This document shows, piece by piece, positions 24,771-36,436 of a DNA stretch of 64,000 bases. The DNA lies in contig OX597814.1 of assembly GCA_951406725.2 (NCBI GenBank), positions 115,506,001-115,570,000 of the forward strand, read 5' to 3'. Source of the DNA: Octopus vulgaris (taxonomy: Eukaryota). The notes under the pieces are model-generated. The model did not search any database. It was not told where the DNA came from and saw nothing but the letters and a program-made list of their open reading frames with translations. The translations under genes were made by a program, and so were the position numbers. Each line of letters opens with the position of its first letter. Position 1 is the stretch's first letter.

Positions 24771-25342
24771 GCAAAAGAATACGTACAAACCCACCTGGAG
24801 CAAAAGAATATGTACCAACCAACTTGGAGCAAAAGAATACGTACCAACCTACAGGGGGCAAAAGAATACGTACCAACCCGCCTGGAGCAAAAAAATATGT
24901 AGCAACCTACCTGGAGCAAAAGATTAGGTACCAACCCAACATGAGCAAAAGAATATGTACCAACCTACATGGAGCAAAAGAATATGTACCAACCTACTGG
25001 GGGCAAAAGAATATGTACCAACCCACCAGGAGCAAAAGAATACGTACCAACCCACCTGGAGCAAAAGAATATGTACCAACCCACCTGGAGCAAAAGAATA
25101 TGTACTAACCCACATGGAGCAAAAGAATACATACCAACCCACCTGGAGCAAAAGAATACATACCAACCCACCTGGAGCAAAAGAATATGTACCAACCTAC
25201 TGGGGGCAAAAAGATATGTACCAACCAACCTGGGGGCAAAAAATATGCACCAAAAGAATAAGTAGCAACCTACTAGGGGCAAAAAAATATGCACCAACCA
25301 ACCTGGAGCAAAAGGATATGTACCAACCTACCTGGAGCAAAG
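24768..25342 (+). repeat. 29-bp minisatellite, about 20 copies
   Basis: Unit GGAGCAAAAGAATATGTACCAACCCACCT, head-to-tail with no spacers. Confidence 0.95.
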
Positions 25343-26626
25343 TCTAGCTATATCAGGATTCTTGGGGAGAGAACATAACACCATAATTAATGTTCTACAA
25401 ATGATCAAGGTATGTGGAAGAATAAAAATCTGCAAGACCTTCTTAAGATTTAAAGGATGATGAACAAAACAAGAAGTTGTCTAACACAGTCTTGCTGCCA
25501 AGTTGAAATTAACTTTAAATTAAAAAGCAAAAAAGAGAACATACATACATACATATATATATATATATATGTTCTCTTTTTTGCTTTTTAATTTAAAGTT
25601 AATATATATATACACACATATTGCACTGATGCAATACCAGGCAGTGGCGCTCATGGCTTCTGAACTTAATTGATTGGAAGTGTCAACATGTACATTGTTT
25701 TGCTGTGGTATAAAAAGATGGCCTACAACAAATATTCTGCTCAATACCACAGATTTGCTTGTCAGTTGTTTGACCATGACTAGTTGAGCATGTCCCTTAG
25801 TAGCTGGCAATATGTGCATCTCTGACCATGAGCAGGAGTAGTGGGTGGGGGCATCATAGCTATGTGTTGAGAGAAATTCTTTGGAGTTTGAATAATTCAC
25901 CTCTGGAAACATGGGTATTTCATTCATCATCTTTAGGCAACTCCTAATTAAAGACCTTTTGAGTGGAATAGGCTACTCAACCTGAAGAAGATTCTAATTA
26001 GGCCCCACCTTCAAGGTCATGAGTTGTTTATCTTGATATGAGATCACCATGTTGCACACATATGGCCGTGATGCATGTGCCTGGTGTACCCTTATCAGAC
26101 AGGTAGTCATAATTGGTATACCGGGCTTCGTATATTTGTACTCCAGTATCACTTTGATGGCATGTACTTCTCTCTCATTCATACATACATGTGCACATTC
26201 ATATATACACACATGTCCAACCCATGCTAGCATGGAAAGCGAATGTTAAACGATGATGATGATGACACAGATAAAAGGAGAAAAGGAAACTTGGTGTACA
26301 AAAATTTACTCATTTACAAGAAACTTCTTTCTCTATCATGTACGCCATTTCTGATAATTAATAAGTCAATTACCTTTAATTGCTGATAAAAGAAAACTGC
26401 TTGCATGAGTCATAAGAAGCCTTTTTGTAGCCAGTCAGTGTGATAAAAATAGTAGCCCAACCCTACTTCTACTGTCTTAGATAAAGAAGGAAGACACATT
26501 GACAAAGTAGTCTTACCCACCACTAAAAAAAGATAGGATGGTCACACATATTATAGGAATCTCTTTGATCATCAGTCTGCTCAATGTGCCCTGACCTGGG
26601 GCTAAACAACAAAAACCAAGCTTCTG

Positions 26627-27597
26627 TTACCTAGGTGACCAAGTCAGCAGTAGGGGTGGATGCTCTGAGAGTGGAGTTGTTAGAATAAGAATAGCCTGGT
26701 CAAAGTTCAAACAGCTCCTACCTCTGCTGGTAACAAAGGGCCCCTTGCACAGAGTGAAAGGTAGACTGTATGATGCATATGTGCAAACAGCCATGCTACA
26801 CAGCAGTGAAACATGGACCATGACTGTGGAGGACATGCATAGACTCGAAAGAAATGAAGCTAGCATGATCCGCTGGATGTGTAGTGTCAGTGTGCATACA
26901 TGACAGTGTGTAAGCACCCTGAGAAAAAAGTTGGACATAAGAAGCACTAGGTGTGGTGTGCAAAAGAGATGACTGCACTGGTATGGTCATGTGTTATGTA
27001 TGGATGAGGACAGCTGTGTAAAGAAGTACTGATCTTTAACCGTGGAAGGAACCTGTGGAAGAGGTAGACCCAGGAAGACCTGGGATGAGGTGGTGAAGCA
27101 CGACCTTAAAACGTTGGGCCTCACTGAGGCAATGACAAGTGACTGAGACCTTTGGATATATGCTGCTTGAGAAAGCCCAGCAAGCTAAGTGAGATTGTAG
27201 CTATGGCCTATGCCAGTGTTGCATGACTGGCCCATTTAAGAGTATCCTTCAATCATTGGGCAATATACTGTGCTTGAAAAGACCTATTGAGTCAAGTAAA
27301 ATCGTTGTCATTGCCGATGTCAGTACTGCCTGACTGGCACCTGTGCCAGACGCATGTAAAAAGCACCATTCAAGCATGGTCGATGCCAGTGCTGCCTGAC
27401 TGGCCCCCATGCTGGTGGCACATAAAAAGTACCCACTACATTCTTGGAGTGTTTGGCGTTAGGAACGGCATCCAGTTGTAGAAACCTTGCCAAATCAGAT
27501 TAGAGCCTGGTGCAGCCTCATGACTTGCCAGTCCTCAGTCAAACCGTCCAGCCCATGCCAACATGGAAAGTGGACGTTAAATGATGATGATGATGAT
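26627..27597 (+). mobile_element. RTE LINE 3' part
   Basis: YLGDQVSSRGGCSE...GRGRPRKTWDEVVKHDLK, 3' UTR and (GAT)n tail. Confidence 0.9.
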
Positions 27598-27715
27598 TCT
27601 CCAGACTCCAATGATCCCTAAGGGGTTCCTTGAGGATCATTTTGGTGTGGCAGCCATGCAGCATATCTAGGGCATGAAAGCTTGGCAGAGCCCATACCTC
27701 TCCAGGCTAAACTCG

Positions 27716-28008
27716 TTTCTACAGCTGAGTGGACTGGAGCAATGTGAAATGAAGTGTTTTACTCAAATAACACAATGGATTGCCCCAGCCAATGATTGAA
27801 ACCACCATCTTACAATTGTGAATCCAACACCCTAACCACTAAGCAACATGCTTCCACTAGTGGTACTCATTTCTACAGCTGAGTGGACTGGAGTAACATG
27901 AAGTGAAGTGTTTTGCTCAAAAACAAATCACATTGCCTGGTCCTGGAATTGAAACCACAATCGTACAATTGTGAGCCCAACACCCTAACCACTAAGCCAT
28001 GCACCTTG
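27716..28008 (-). mobile_element. Tandem pair of SINE 5' fragments
   Basis: TTTCTACAGCTGAGTGGACTGGAG...CCCTAACCACTAAGC occurs twice, about 155 bp apart. Confidence 0.7.
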
Positions 28009-29497
28009 AAAAGCCATAGGAGACCTAAATATTAAATGATACTAAAGTGGGTGGATTAGCCTCTTGAAATTGCTGGCCTGTTGATTTCCATGCTTAAAAT
28101 AATAATACTGTTGCTACTGATGATGACAGTTTCCGACTACCAAATCTACTTGCAAGGTTTTGGTCAGCCTAGAGCTATAGTAGAAGATACTTGCCCAAAG
28201 TGCTACATAGTAGAACTGAACCCAGAACAACATGGTTGGGAAGAAAGATTCTTACCACACAACCACTTGTAATTATACCTTCATTTATATGATTAAGGCA
28301 CACAGCCAATAACTTTGAAGAGGTTTTTAGATACTATCAACCACAGTAAATGACTAGTGCTTTATTTTGTCACTCTCAGAAAGATGAACAATCAAGTTAA
28401 CTTTGGCAGAATTTGAACTCAGAACACAAAGAGCTGGAAGAAATACTACAAAGTATTTTTCGATGATCAAACAATTCTAACGTAAAATAACAATAAGCAC
28501 ACCAGGCAAAATGCTTAGTGGTATTTCATCTGCCACTATGTTCTGAGTTCAATTTCCACTGAGGTTGACTTTGTCTTTCACTCTTTCAGGGTCCATAGAC
28601 TAAGTACCAGTGAAACACCAGAGTTGATGTAATCGACTAGTTCCCTCTCCAAAAATTTTGTCCCTATAATAAAAAGAATTATTATTATTATTATTATTAT
28701 TATATGTAAATCCCCACACTGTGTTTCTCTTTCTATTGTCTCCCTCATCCGCCCTGGTGGTAAATTAATGAAATCACTATTATTATTAAGGCAATGAGCT
28801 GGCAGAATCATTCGTCCACAAGCTGAAATGCTTAGCTATATTTAGCCTGTCACTACATTCTGAGTTCAAATTCTGCTGAGGTCGTCTTTGCCTTTCATCC
28901 TTTTGGGGTCGATAAATTAAGTACTAGTGAAACACACTGGGGTCAGTTTAATCGACTAGTCCCATCCCACCAAAATTCGAGGCCTTGCACCTCCAGTAGA
29001 AAGGATTCTTATTATTATTATTATTATTATTATTATTTATAAACTATTTCAGGTGAGGGTTAAAACCAATGATATTGATACCAGAACTTAACCCAGAAGG
29101 ATGAAAAGCCTAGTTGACCTAGATGGGAATGAAAGTAAATGTATAAGGGACGTAACTAGATACTGCAAGATATTTTCGTCGGATGCTCAACGATTGTGCC
29201 ACCTACTGCTTTATAATAATGTTTTACAGTTTCAGCAAACAATTCCATAACAGTCGATCCTTGGGCTTTTGGGTAAGCGAGAGCAGGTCTGCCAAACAGC
29301 GCTACGTCTTAATCATAATGCAACCGCTAATTACCAAAGAGACGTGGATTTCAAAAGTTGTTGGTTTATTATTCGAATTGCTTTCTAAAGCTAAAATTCT
29401 ATAGGTCTTTTGACGCGCTACATTGAATGTCAAATAAGATCATCGATTCTACTTGTTTATGTTCGTTCGTGTTTATGTTCGTTCGTGTAACTGTAAC

Positions 29498-29580
29498 TGT
29501 GTTGTTTACTATCACACAGCGCGAGCAAGTACATACATACATACATACATACATACATACATACATACATGTATATATGT

Positions 29581-29650
<70 letters not shown>

Positions 29651-29691
29651 GTATGTATACTTGCTCGCGCTGTGTGATAGTAAACAACACA
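29498..29691. repeat. Perfect 34-bp inverted repeat around (CATA)n/(AT)n/(TATG)n
   Basis: TGTGTTGTTTACTATCACACAGCGCGAGCAAGTA and its exact reverse complement at 29658-29691. Confidence 0.92.
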
Positions 29692-30310
29692 CACACTCTC
29701 ACATATATATATTATAGTAGTATGTTTACATGTTCACTACAGCAACTGCACTGAGATATCACCACCTCCCTTCAAAATAAGCAAAGTTACTACAATCGAG
29801 CTAAATAAACCTCCCCTATATGGTTGTTTGAGCTGTTAGAAATAGCAACGAAATGGTCCGACAATCACATTAGTGTTGTTGTTGTTGTTTTTAAGAGTGT
29901 AGGTGACTAGTATATTATACATTTTACTCCAAAATACAACAACAACAATGTATTCTAGACTGGAATGTCTTTGATCATCGATCTACTTACTGGATCAGCT
30001 TTGACCTGAGACTAAACTACGACGACATACACAAAACCAATGGACATGTAAGGGATGTAAGCCAAGTAAAGTTGTGGCGTTATCCGAAGTGCGTTATAAA
30101 TATAAAATCGTTTTCTATATATATACGTATGTGCGTGTGAACATCGAAGCAAAAAACAGATGTTTACTTGTTTCGCTGAGACATGTTATCGACATAAAAG
30201 GCAGAAATGGATACAAAAAGAGCGGAGTTCATCACCGAAGTTATTAAAAACGTGCTCGTATACTTGTCAAACGTAACGATACAAACTCAAATTGAGTTGT
30301 CGAATATTAC

Positions 30311-30418
30311 CTTTCCCGAAGCTGTACCTCCACCAATACCGATCATAAAGGGTTTATTTGGTCGCGTCATAAGGCCGTATGTGTTCTGATCGTTGCCCGT
30401 TTCTGCTCTGGAAGCCAT
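30311..30418 (-). CDS. UCK2: Uridine-cytidine kinase (UCK1/UCK2-like), coding exon 1
   Basis: CCACCACC-ATG-G Kozak context; MASRAETGNDQNTYGLMTRPNKPFMIGIGGGTASGK then phase-0 donor AAG|GTAATA. It matches the UCK P-loop PFLIGVSGGTASGK, and the short N-terminus favours UCK1/2 over UCKL1. Confidence 0.9.
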
Positions 30419-30760
30419 GGTGGTGGTCGAATATATTTCTCTTTTTTTACCGCGACGTGTTCTCCGTTCGTTTCAAGGTAGATAACTCTATCTTTCTTTG
30501 TCACAAAGTGCTGTCCCCATAACTTACTTTTGGGGTTGCTTTCACCTGGGGGGGTTGATAATATTTTATTCTTATACAGATACAGGGAAATTCGATAAGT
30601 TCAGTTGCCGCGAGAAAAGTATATCCAACGAATCTGGCACTTTCACTTTGTCTGAAAGTGAAGAAGAAAGAGAAAGCGGTGTTATCGCTTTTGTTGTCGG
30701 CACATTGTGACCAAAGATCAAAAGGCCGGTTTGTTTAGTTTTCACTTTAAACAGTAATTA
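30419..30760 (-). promoter_or_regulatory. Putative 5' UTR and promoter region of the UCK gene
   Basis: Repeat-free, relatively CpG-rich unique sequence immediately upstream of the start codon. Confidence 0.45.
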
Positions 30761-31357
30761 AGCATTATTGAAACCTTCTCCGAACTGAATCACCAGTTAC
30801 TTCAGCTTTAAAATTTTACCTTATTTGTTTATGCTTATATTCTGTTCTTTCAAAGAGTGGGAGAGATGGTTTGCAACGGAAAACCGACCTAAGTACTTAG
30901 TGCTGTCTAAATATGATTCAAGGAGAGTAACAGTTTGTTGTCATTTTAGCAAGAAAACATGTGTGGGCATTAATCGACTCCATACGATTATTGTCGAAAA
31001 CCAATTCATCAAAAAGGGACGATAAATATTTGAGTTTTAATGAAATAACAAAAGCAAACATTTAGCAATTGAAATTTAATATTAAGTTGCATTTCATCAT
31101 ATCAGATTAACTTTTAAGTAAAATAAGCTCGTGCTTTAGACACTAATTGAAGGAAGCTCCACAAATGTCCCCGCCACCACCCCCATAACCCAGTTCTACA
31201 TTTATCAAGGCCAATAAAGTTGCTGAAAACGTTGATTTTTATTTCTTGTTGACCTAGTTATAAGTAAATAATTTGTTTACATTATTGTTATTTAGTATTA
31301 AATAAAAAAAACATTTTTTAAACATATTTACTATATTTGTGGTGGGTATAGGGTTGT

Positions 31358-31557
31358 TGTTGTTGTTGTTGTTAAGCAACAAGACGGGTAGGTGGTCTAG
31401 GGCTTAGGGGCGGGAGTCCCCAGACCTTGGGGGGGAAAAGAAAAACTTTGGTCGTCTTGTTGTAGTCGAGGGCTCTTCGTTGACGCCCGACACCACTGGG
31501 AGGTGGCCCTCGAAGTCGCTGGAAATGGAGATCTCCAGGTCCAAATTCTTGAACGGC
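31358..31557 (-). mobile_element. Short GC-rich retro-insertion with (CAA)n tail and 13-bp TSD
   Basis: GGTATAGGGTTGT at 31345-31357 and 31558-31570, with (GTT)n at the left end. Confidence 0.75.
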
Positions 31558-31949
31558 GGTATAGGGTTGTGGGAAGTGCCGTCTTAAAGTATGGGTTTAC
31601 AGGGCAATTGCCCGGGGGGCCCGCGGATCAAGGGTCCAAATGATAATCGTCCATATACCATGGATGATGAGTACATAGAGTCTCCAGTGGATTACATTGC
31701 CCGGAGAAAGCAAAGACTTATAATGTTATTAACCAGTTGCTGCTGTTGTTGTATTACAGCACATAAAAGTTTTAAAGGTGTTGGTCTTTTACAAAAACTA
31801 AGAGCAATTATTACGCACTTGGAGAAACATACTGCTTGGGATTTACAAGTTAACTGATATAACAATCTGCGGATGAAGCATCAAAACTGGAAAATAATTG
31901 CGCTATATTCGTGGCGACGAAAGTTCCTGTCTGCTATCTGCCATCAGTT

Positions 31950-34185
31950 TTAATAATAATAATAATAATAATAATAGTAATAATTGTGTACAGTGCTCAG
32001 GTGCACTACAACTCATCTAAAGTGTATATATAATCAGGTGTAGTTTCGGCGGATTTCGGAAAGCATGAGGGCCTTAAAAGATGCAGTGTCATGGCAGTCA
32101 ACAACTGACGCAGGCAGTTTATTCCATGCTTCAGCAACTCTGAGCGTGAAAAAATGTTTCCGAAAGTCATGGGAGCTGTATTGTTTTCTGACTTTGTAGG
32201 CATGTCCACGTGTGTTAGACACATGGAGATCAAAAAGGTGTTCAGTGTTGTTGTTGGTGAGGTGGTTGATAACTTTGTGGGTGTTTACCAAGTCCGTCGC
32301 CAAACGCCGGAGCTTCAGTGAATCCATGCCCAGGGAAACAAGGCGCTCAGAATATGGTAGGTGTCTGATGGAGGGTATGCGTTTGGTTGCACGTCTCTGG
32401 ACAGATTCCAGGAGGTCAATGTTCTGTGCAAGATAGGGGTTCCAAACTGATGATGCGAATTCCAAGTGTGGTCGTACCATAGCTGTATACAGTTTTAAAT
32501 AGATGGCTGGAGAGCGGCTAACAAAAGACCTGCTGAGTGATGCCAAGACACCCTCGGCCTTCCTGACAATCTTAGAGATATGCTTTGACCAACGCAAATC
32601 ACTGCTGACAGTGATGCCTAGGTCACGCTCGCAAGAGGATTTCTTGATATCAGTGTTGTGGAGGGAGTATGTGAACGCAGGGTTTTTTCTCCCAAAATGC
32701 ATGGTGGTACACTTGTCCACAGCCAGATTCAGTTGCCAGTCTGTGATCCATTGCTGCATTGTGTCTAGGTCTGATTGCAGGAAAGAGTTGTAGACATCAG
32801 GATCTGTCCTCTTGATTTCAAGGTACAGCTTGATGTCGTCTGCATATTTCAATACTGTGGCATTCCTTAAATTGGCATCTATGTCGTTAATGTATGCCAC
32901 AAACAAGAGGGGACCAAGGACAGATCCCTGTGGTACACCCGATGACATCTCATATGGTGTAGAGTGCTGTCCTAGAACTGTGACTACCTCCTTTCGGCTG
33001 AGGATGAAGGATTTCAACCAGTTAAAAAGGTCATCCCCCACACCCATTGCAGAGAGTTTCACCATAAGCCTTTTGTGTGGCACAGAGTTGAAAGCCTTAG
33101 CAAAGTCAAGGTAGACAACATCCACCCATGAGCCACTGTCAGTAATCTGAGTAATGTCCTCAAGGAACTCGACAAGCTGGTCACTGCAGCTGGAGTTAGG
33201 GACAAATCCATATTGTGAGGGTCGGATGAGACTGTGAGAGCTCCAGAAGTTCCAGAGTGTTTCTCTGACACACGATTCCATCAGTTTTGCAATACAGCTA
33301 GTGAGACTGACTGGGCGATAGTTGACAGGTGATGTGCGGTCGCCCTTTTTGAACAGAGGAATGACACTGGCAGTTTTCCACTGCTCCGGAGTAGCACCAT
33401 TGTTGAGACAGTACTGGAAGAAAATAGAAAGCTGATGTAAAAGGAAGTGCCTGCCACGTTTGAGAAGCAGGTATGTAACTCCATCGAGACCAGGGGAGGC
33501 ATAGTTGCGCTTATTTTGAAGGTGACGTCGCAGCATTGCAGGTGTAAATTCCATAGTTGTTATGGAGTTTGCTGTTAGTGATGGTGAAGATGGTACATTT
33601 TGACTTTCAACAGTGAATATGTTTGCATAGCACTCGGCAATGAGTTCTGCGCATTCCTTGGGGTCGTCAGTGATCTGGTTTGTGTGAGGGTTGCGAAGAG
33701 GGCCCACTGGAGAGTGAGGTCTCTGCTTTGAGTGCACATATTTCCAGAAAACCTTGCTGTCAGGATTGGCTGCTATGCACTGTTCAAATTCAAGCACTGC
33801 TTTTTTTGTCACTTGCTTGAGATGGTTGGAGGATTTATTCCGCTTCTTCCTGTTGGTGTCTGATTTATGCAACCTGTATTCCCGTTCAGCAGTCCGACGT
33901 TCCCTCCTGGCAAGTCGGACCGCTGAAGTTTCCCAAATTGCCCTTTTGGGGCGGTTCTTCTTTTTTGTTTACGTGGCACTGATGCTGCACATGCTGTCCA
34001 TATTGAGTCCAGGATACTCTGGAGTATAGTATTCACATCTCCAGAGTTGTAGAATTCACGCCAGTTTGGGTGCTGTAGTTCAGTGTGGTACAGGTTCCAA
34101 TCTGCTCTCTTCCAATCGAAGGAAGCAGATTGGAGATGGTTCAGGGTTGTAGTGAAAATAGAGGCGTTGAGTGGTTGCCTCAACA
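31950..34185 (-). mobile_element. CR1-clade LINE, 5'-truncated, young
   Basis: Carries a 612-aa open frame plus a frameshifted upstream part; (ATT)n tail at about 31950-31983. Confidence 0.93.
32034..33872 (-). CDS. CR1-type reverse transcriptase (ORF2 C-terminal part, endonuclease missing)
   Basis: PLFKKGDR..PVNYRPVSLTS, YLDFAKAFNSVPH, SGVPQGSVLGPLLF, YADDIKL, ERDLGI, TRGH, WNKLP. Confidence 0.85.
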   Translation of the reverse strand: MHKSDTNRKKRNKSSNHLKQVTKKAVLEFEQCIAANPDSKVFWKYVHSKQRPHSPVGPLRNPHTNQITDDPKECAELIAECYANIFTVESQNVPSSPSLTANSITTMEFTPAMLRRHLQNKRNYASPGLDGVTYLLLKRGRHFLLHQLSIFFQYCLNNGATPEQWKTASVIPLFKKGDRTSPVNYRPVSLTSCIAKLMESCVRETLWNFWSSHSLIRPSQYGFVPNSSCSDQLVEFLEDITQITDSGSWVDVVYLDFAKAFNSVPHKRLMVKLSAMGVGDDLFNWLKSFILSRKEVVTVLGQHSTPYEMSSGVPQGSVLGPLLFVAYINDIDANLRNATVLKYADDIKLYLEIKRTDPDVYNSFLQSDLDTMQQWITDWQLNLAVDKCTTMHFGRKNPAFTYSLHNTDIKKSSCERDLGITVSSDLRWSKHISKIVRKAEGVLASLSRSFVSRSPAIYLKLYTAMVRPHLEFASSVWNPYLAQNIDLLESVQRRATKRIPSIRHLPYSERLVSLGMDSLKLRRLATDLVNTHKVINHLTNNNTEHLFDLHVSNTRGHAYKVRKQYSSHDFRKHFFTLRVAEAWNKLPASVVDCHDTASFKALMLSEIRRNYT

Positions 34186-35689
34186 GTCTGCGGTTACTGC
34201 AAAAAACCTGATTGGTTGCTTAACAAACCGATCACATGAAACTACTGTTGTTTGATAGTGATGTCTGCTTGGCTGCCTAGCGATTCGGTTTCCAATCACC
34301 GCTACAAACCGTTTGCCTTCCTTTCCCATGTGATATAAATAGGACATATTTCCCTGATATTCATGCATCATATCTGAAACACATTTCCAATTTGTTTCCA
34401 ACCACAAGAGTAACTTGGGACTCATGAAAGGAAATCGCTATATTACTTAATACATATGAAACAAAAGTTAACCAAAAGTCTGAAAATAAGCATTACGACG
34501 TTTATGAAAACTTATGAAAAGGCTTTGAACAGGTAAATAGTTAAGTCAGAGTTGCTGGTGGATGGATAAAATCGTTGGAACATTGGAAAAAATGCTTTGT
34601 AGTACTTCTTTTGACTCTTTACTTTATGAGTTCAAATTCCATCGAAGTCAACTTTGCCTTTCTTCCCTCTGGGAAGGATAAAATAGATTACCAGCTAAGT
34701 ACCAGGATAGGTTTTAATCGACTAACCACTCTTTACAAAATGTCTGGCCTTGAACTTGTATCAGTAATACTACAGTTGTAAATGGCCAGGGATAAAACTG
34801 AGTTTTTAATCTCTTAGTTCACATTCAGTACATATGACGTCTCTGTTTGGCAATGGAAGGATGAAGGCGAAACACTAATGTTGGGTTGTGATTATGGAAT
34901 CAGCTGGTCTTAATCCGACCTAGCATGTAATAATGAGATTTTAATCCAAGATTTTAATTTACAATTCAGCGCTTTCACACAGACGTGATACCGTTAAATT
35001 ATCAAGGTGAATAAAATAAAATAAAATAAAATATTCATACAAATGTCTAACAGAAAGTAGGGCGAGAAAAAAGGATGGAGAACTTCAAGTAAGTTCATCA
35101 AAATTCCTTCATCATATGATTTTTACATCAATTATCTTATGGAAAGAAAGGAGATAATTACCAAAATTGGAATGACGCCATTAGTATATGTTTCATGCTT
35201 TCATTGGTAAATGGCGGACCTCATTTATAATTACATAATTCCTTTCTTCATCGCACAGTAAGCTTATTATTGCCTTACATTTTCTTCTCCTTCTTATTCT
35301 TGTATTCTTTTACTTGGTTCAGTAATTTAACTACGGCCATGCTGGAGCACTGTCTTTAGTCGAACAAATCTATTCCCAGGACTTATTTTTTGTAAGCCTA
35401 GAACGTATTCTATCGGTCTCTTTCGCCGCGCGGCTAGGTTACGGGGACATAAAAACACCAACATCAGTTGTCAAGCGATGGTAGGGGGACAAACACTGAC
35501 ACACAAATACATACATACATACATACATACATAAATGCATGCATACATACATACATACATACATACATACATACATACATACATACATACATACATACAT
35601 ACATACACACGCATACATATATTTCGTTTTCGGATTTGGTTTGCAAGATTTGCAAGATGTGAGTTCGTGTGTTGAAACATATTTTGTTG

Positions 35690-35809
35690 TGTCTGAGGAG
35701 AGTCACTCTCTTTTAATGCCTTATTATTTAACACACACCATTTCAGTTTCCATTGATGAGTGTGTTAAATAATAAGACACGAAAAGAGAAAGAACTCTCT
35801 CCAGACACA
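35690..35809. repeat. Imperfect foldback of a dispersed repeat family
   Basis: TGTGTCTGAGGAGAGT...CTTATTATTTAACACAC versus GTGTGTTAAATAATAAG...CTCTCTCCAGACACA; a related single arm lies at about 6510-6655. Confidence 0.7.
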
Positions 35810-35810
35810 G

Positions 35811-35887
<77 letters not shown>

Positions 35888-35971
35888 ATCCAAACATGAA
35901 AACACAACAACGCGAGGACGTGGAACAAGTATAGTGTGATTGGATGCTCAGGAAAGGAAAGAAAGAAGGGG

Positions 35972-36008
35972 GAATTAACGTTTCGAGCGGAGCTCTTCGT
36001 CAGAAACA
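35972..36008 (-). ncRNA. Minimal hammerhead-like motif in a Penelope-derived repeat (35885-36075)
   Basis: Minus strand tgttt-CTGACGA-A-GAGC-tcc-GCTC-GAAAC-GTTA-att. Confidence 0.55.
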
Positions 36009-36072
36009 TAAGAAAAGGAAAGATCCAAGGAAGGGAAGACGGAAAAAAAAATCGCCAACGGTACACACACGG

Positions 36073-36196
<124 letters not shown>

Positions 36197-36353
36197 ATGA
36201 ATGAATTATCCTTTGTTTACCGTTAACATGGAAAATTCAATAAGCAGTTACCAGGGTAGCAAAATTCACGCAAGTAACACGGATGAAGCAACCTATTCAA
36301 AGGTAGAAACTCCGGGTTAATGTGCAGTAATTTGTGTAATATGGGCTCTCTTT

Positions 36354-36436
36354 CTTTCCTGATGAGAAGATTGCATTTTACACCGTTTATTCCTTTGGAA
36401 TAAAACTTATGATGTCTTCGAAACATATGTCAAAAG
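36354..36436 (+). ncRNA. Type I hammerhead ribozyme motif, same family as 10446-10532
   Basis: ctttc-CTGATGA-GAAGAT...GTCTTC-GAAAC-ATAT-GTC-aaaag. Confidence 0.75.

Noticed and set aside
24768-25342. 29-bp repeat array resembling CRISPR, with repetitive ORFs
   Set aside because: Head-to-tail units without unique spacers, no cas genes and eukaryotic context; the ORFs are a by-product of a stop-poor unit.
30207-30389. Plus-strand 60-aa ORF
   Set aside because: Antisense to UCK exon 1, with no recognisable homology.
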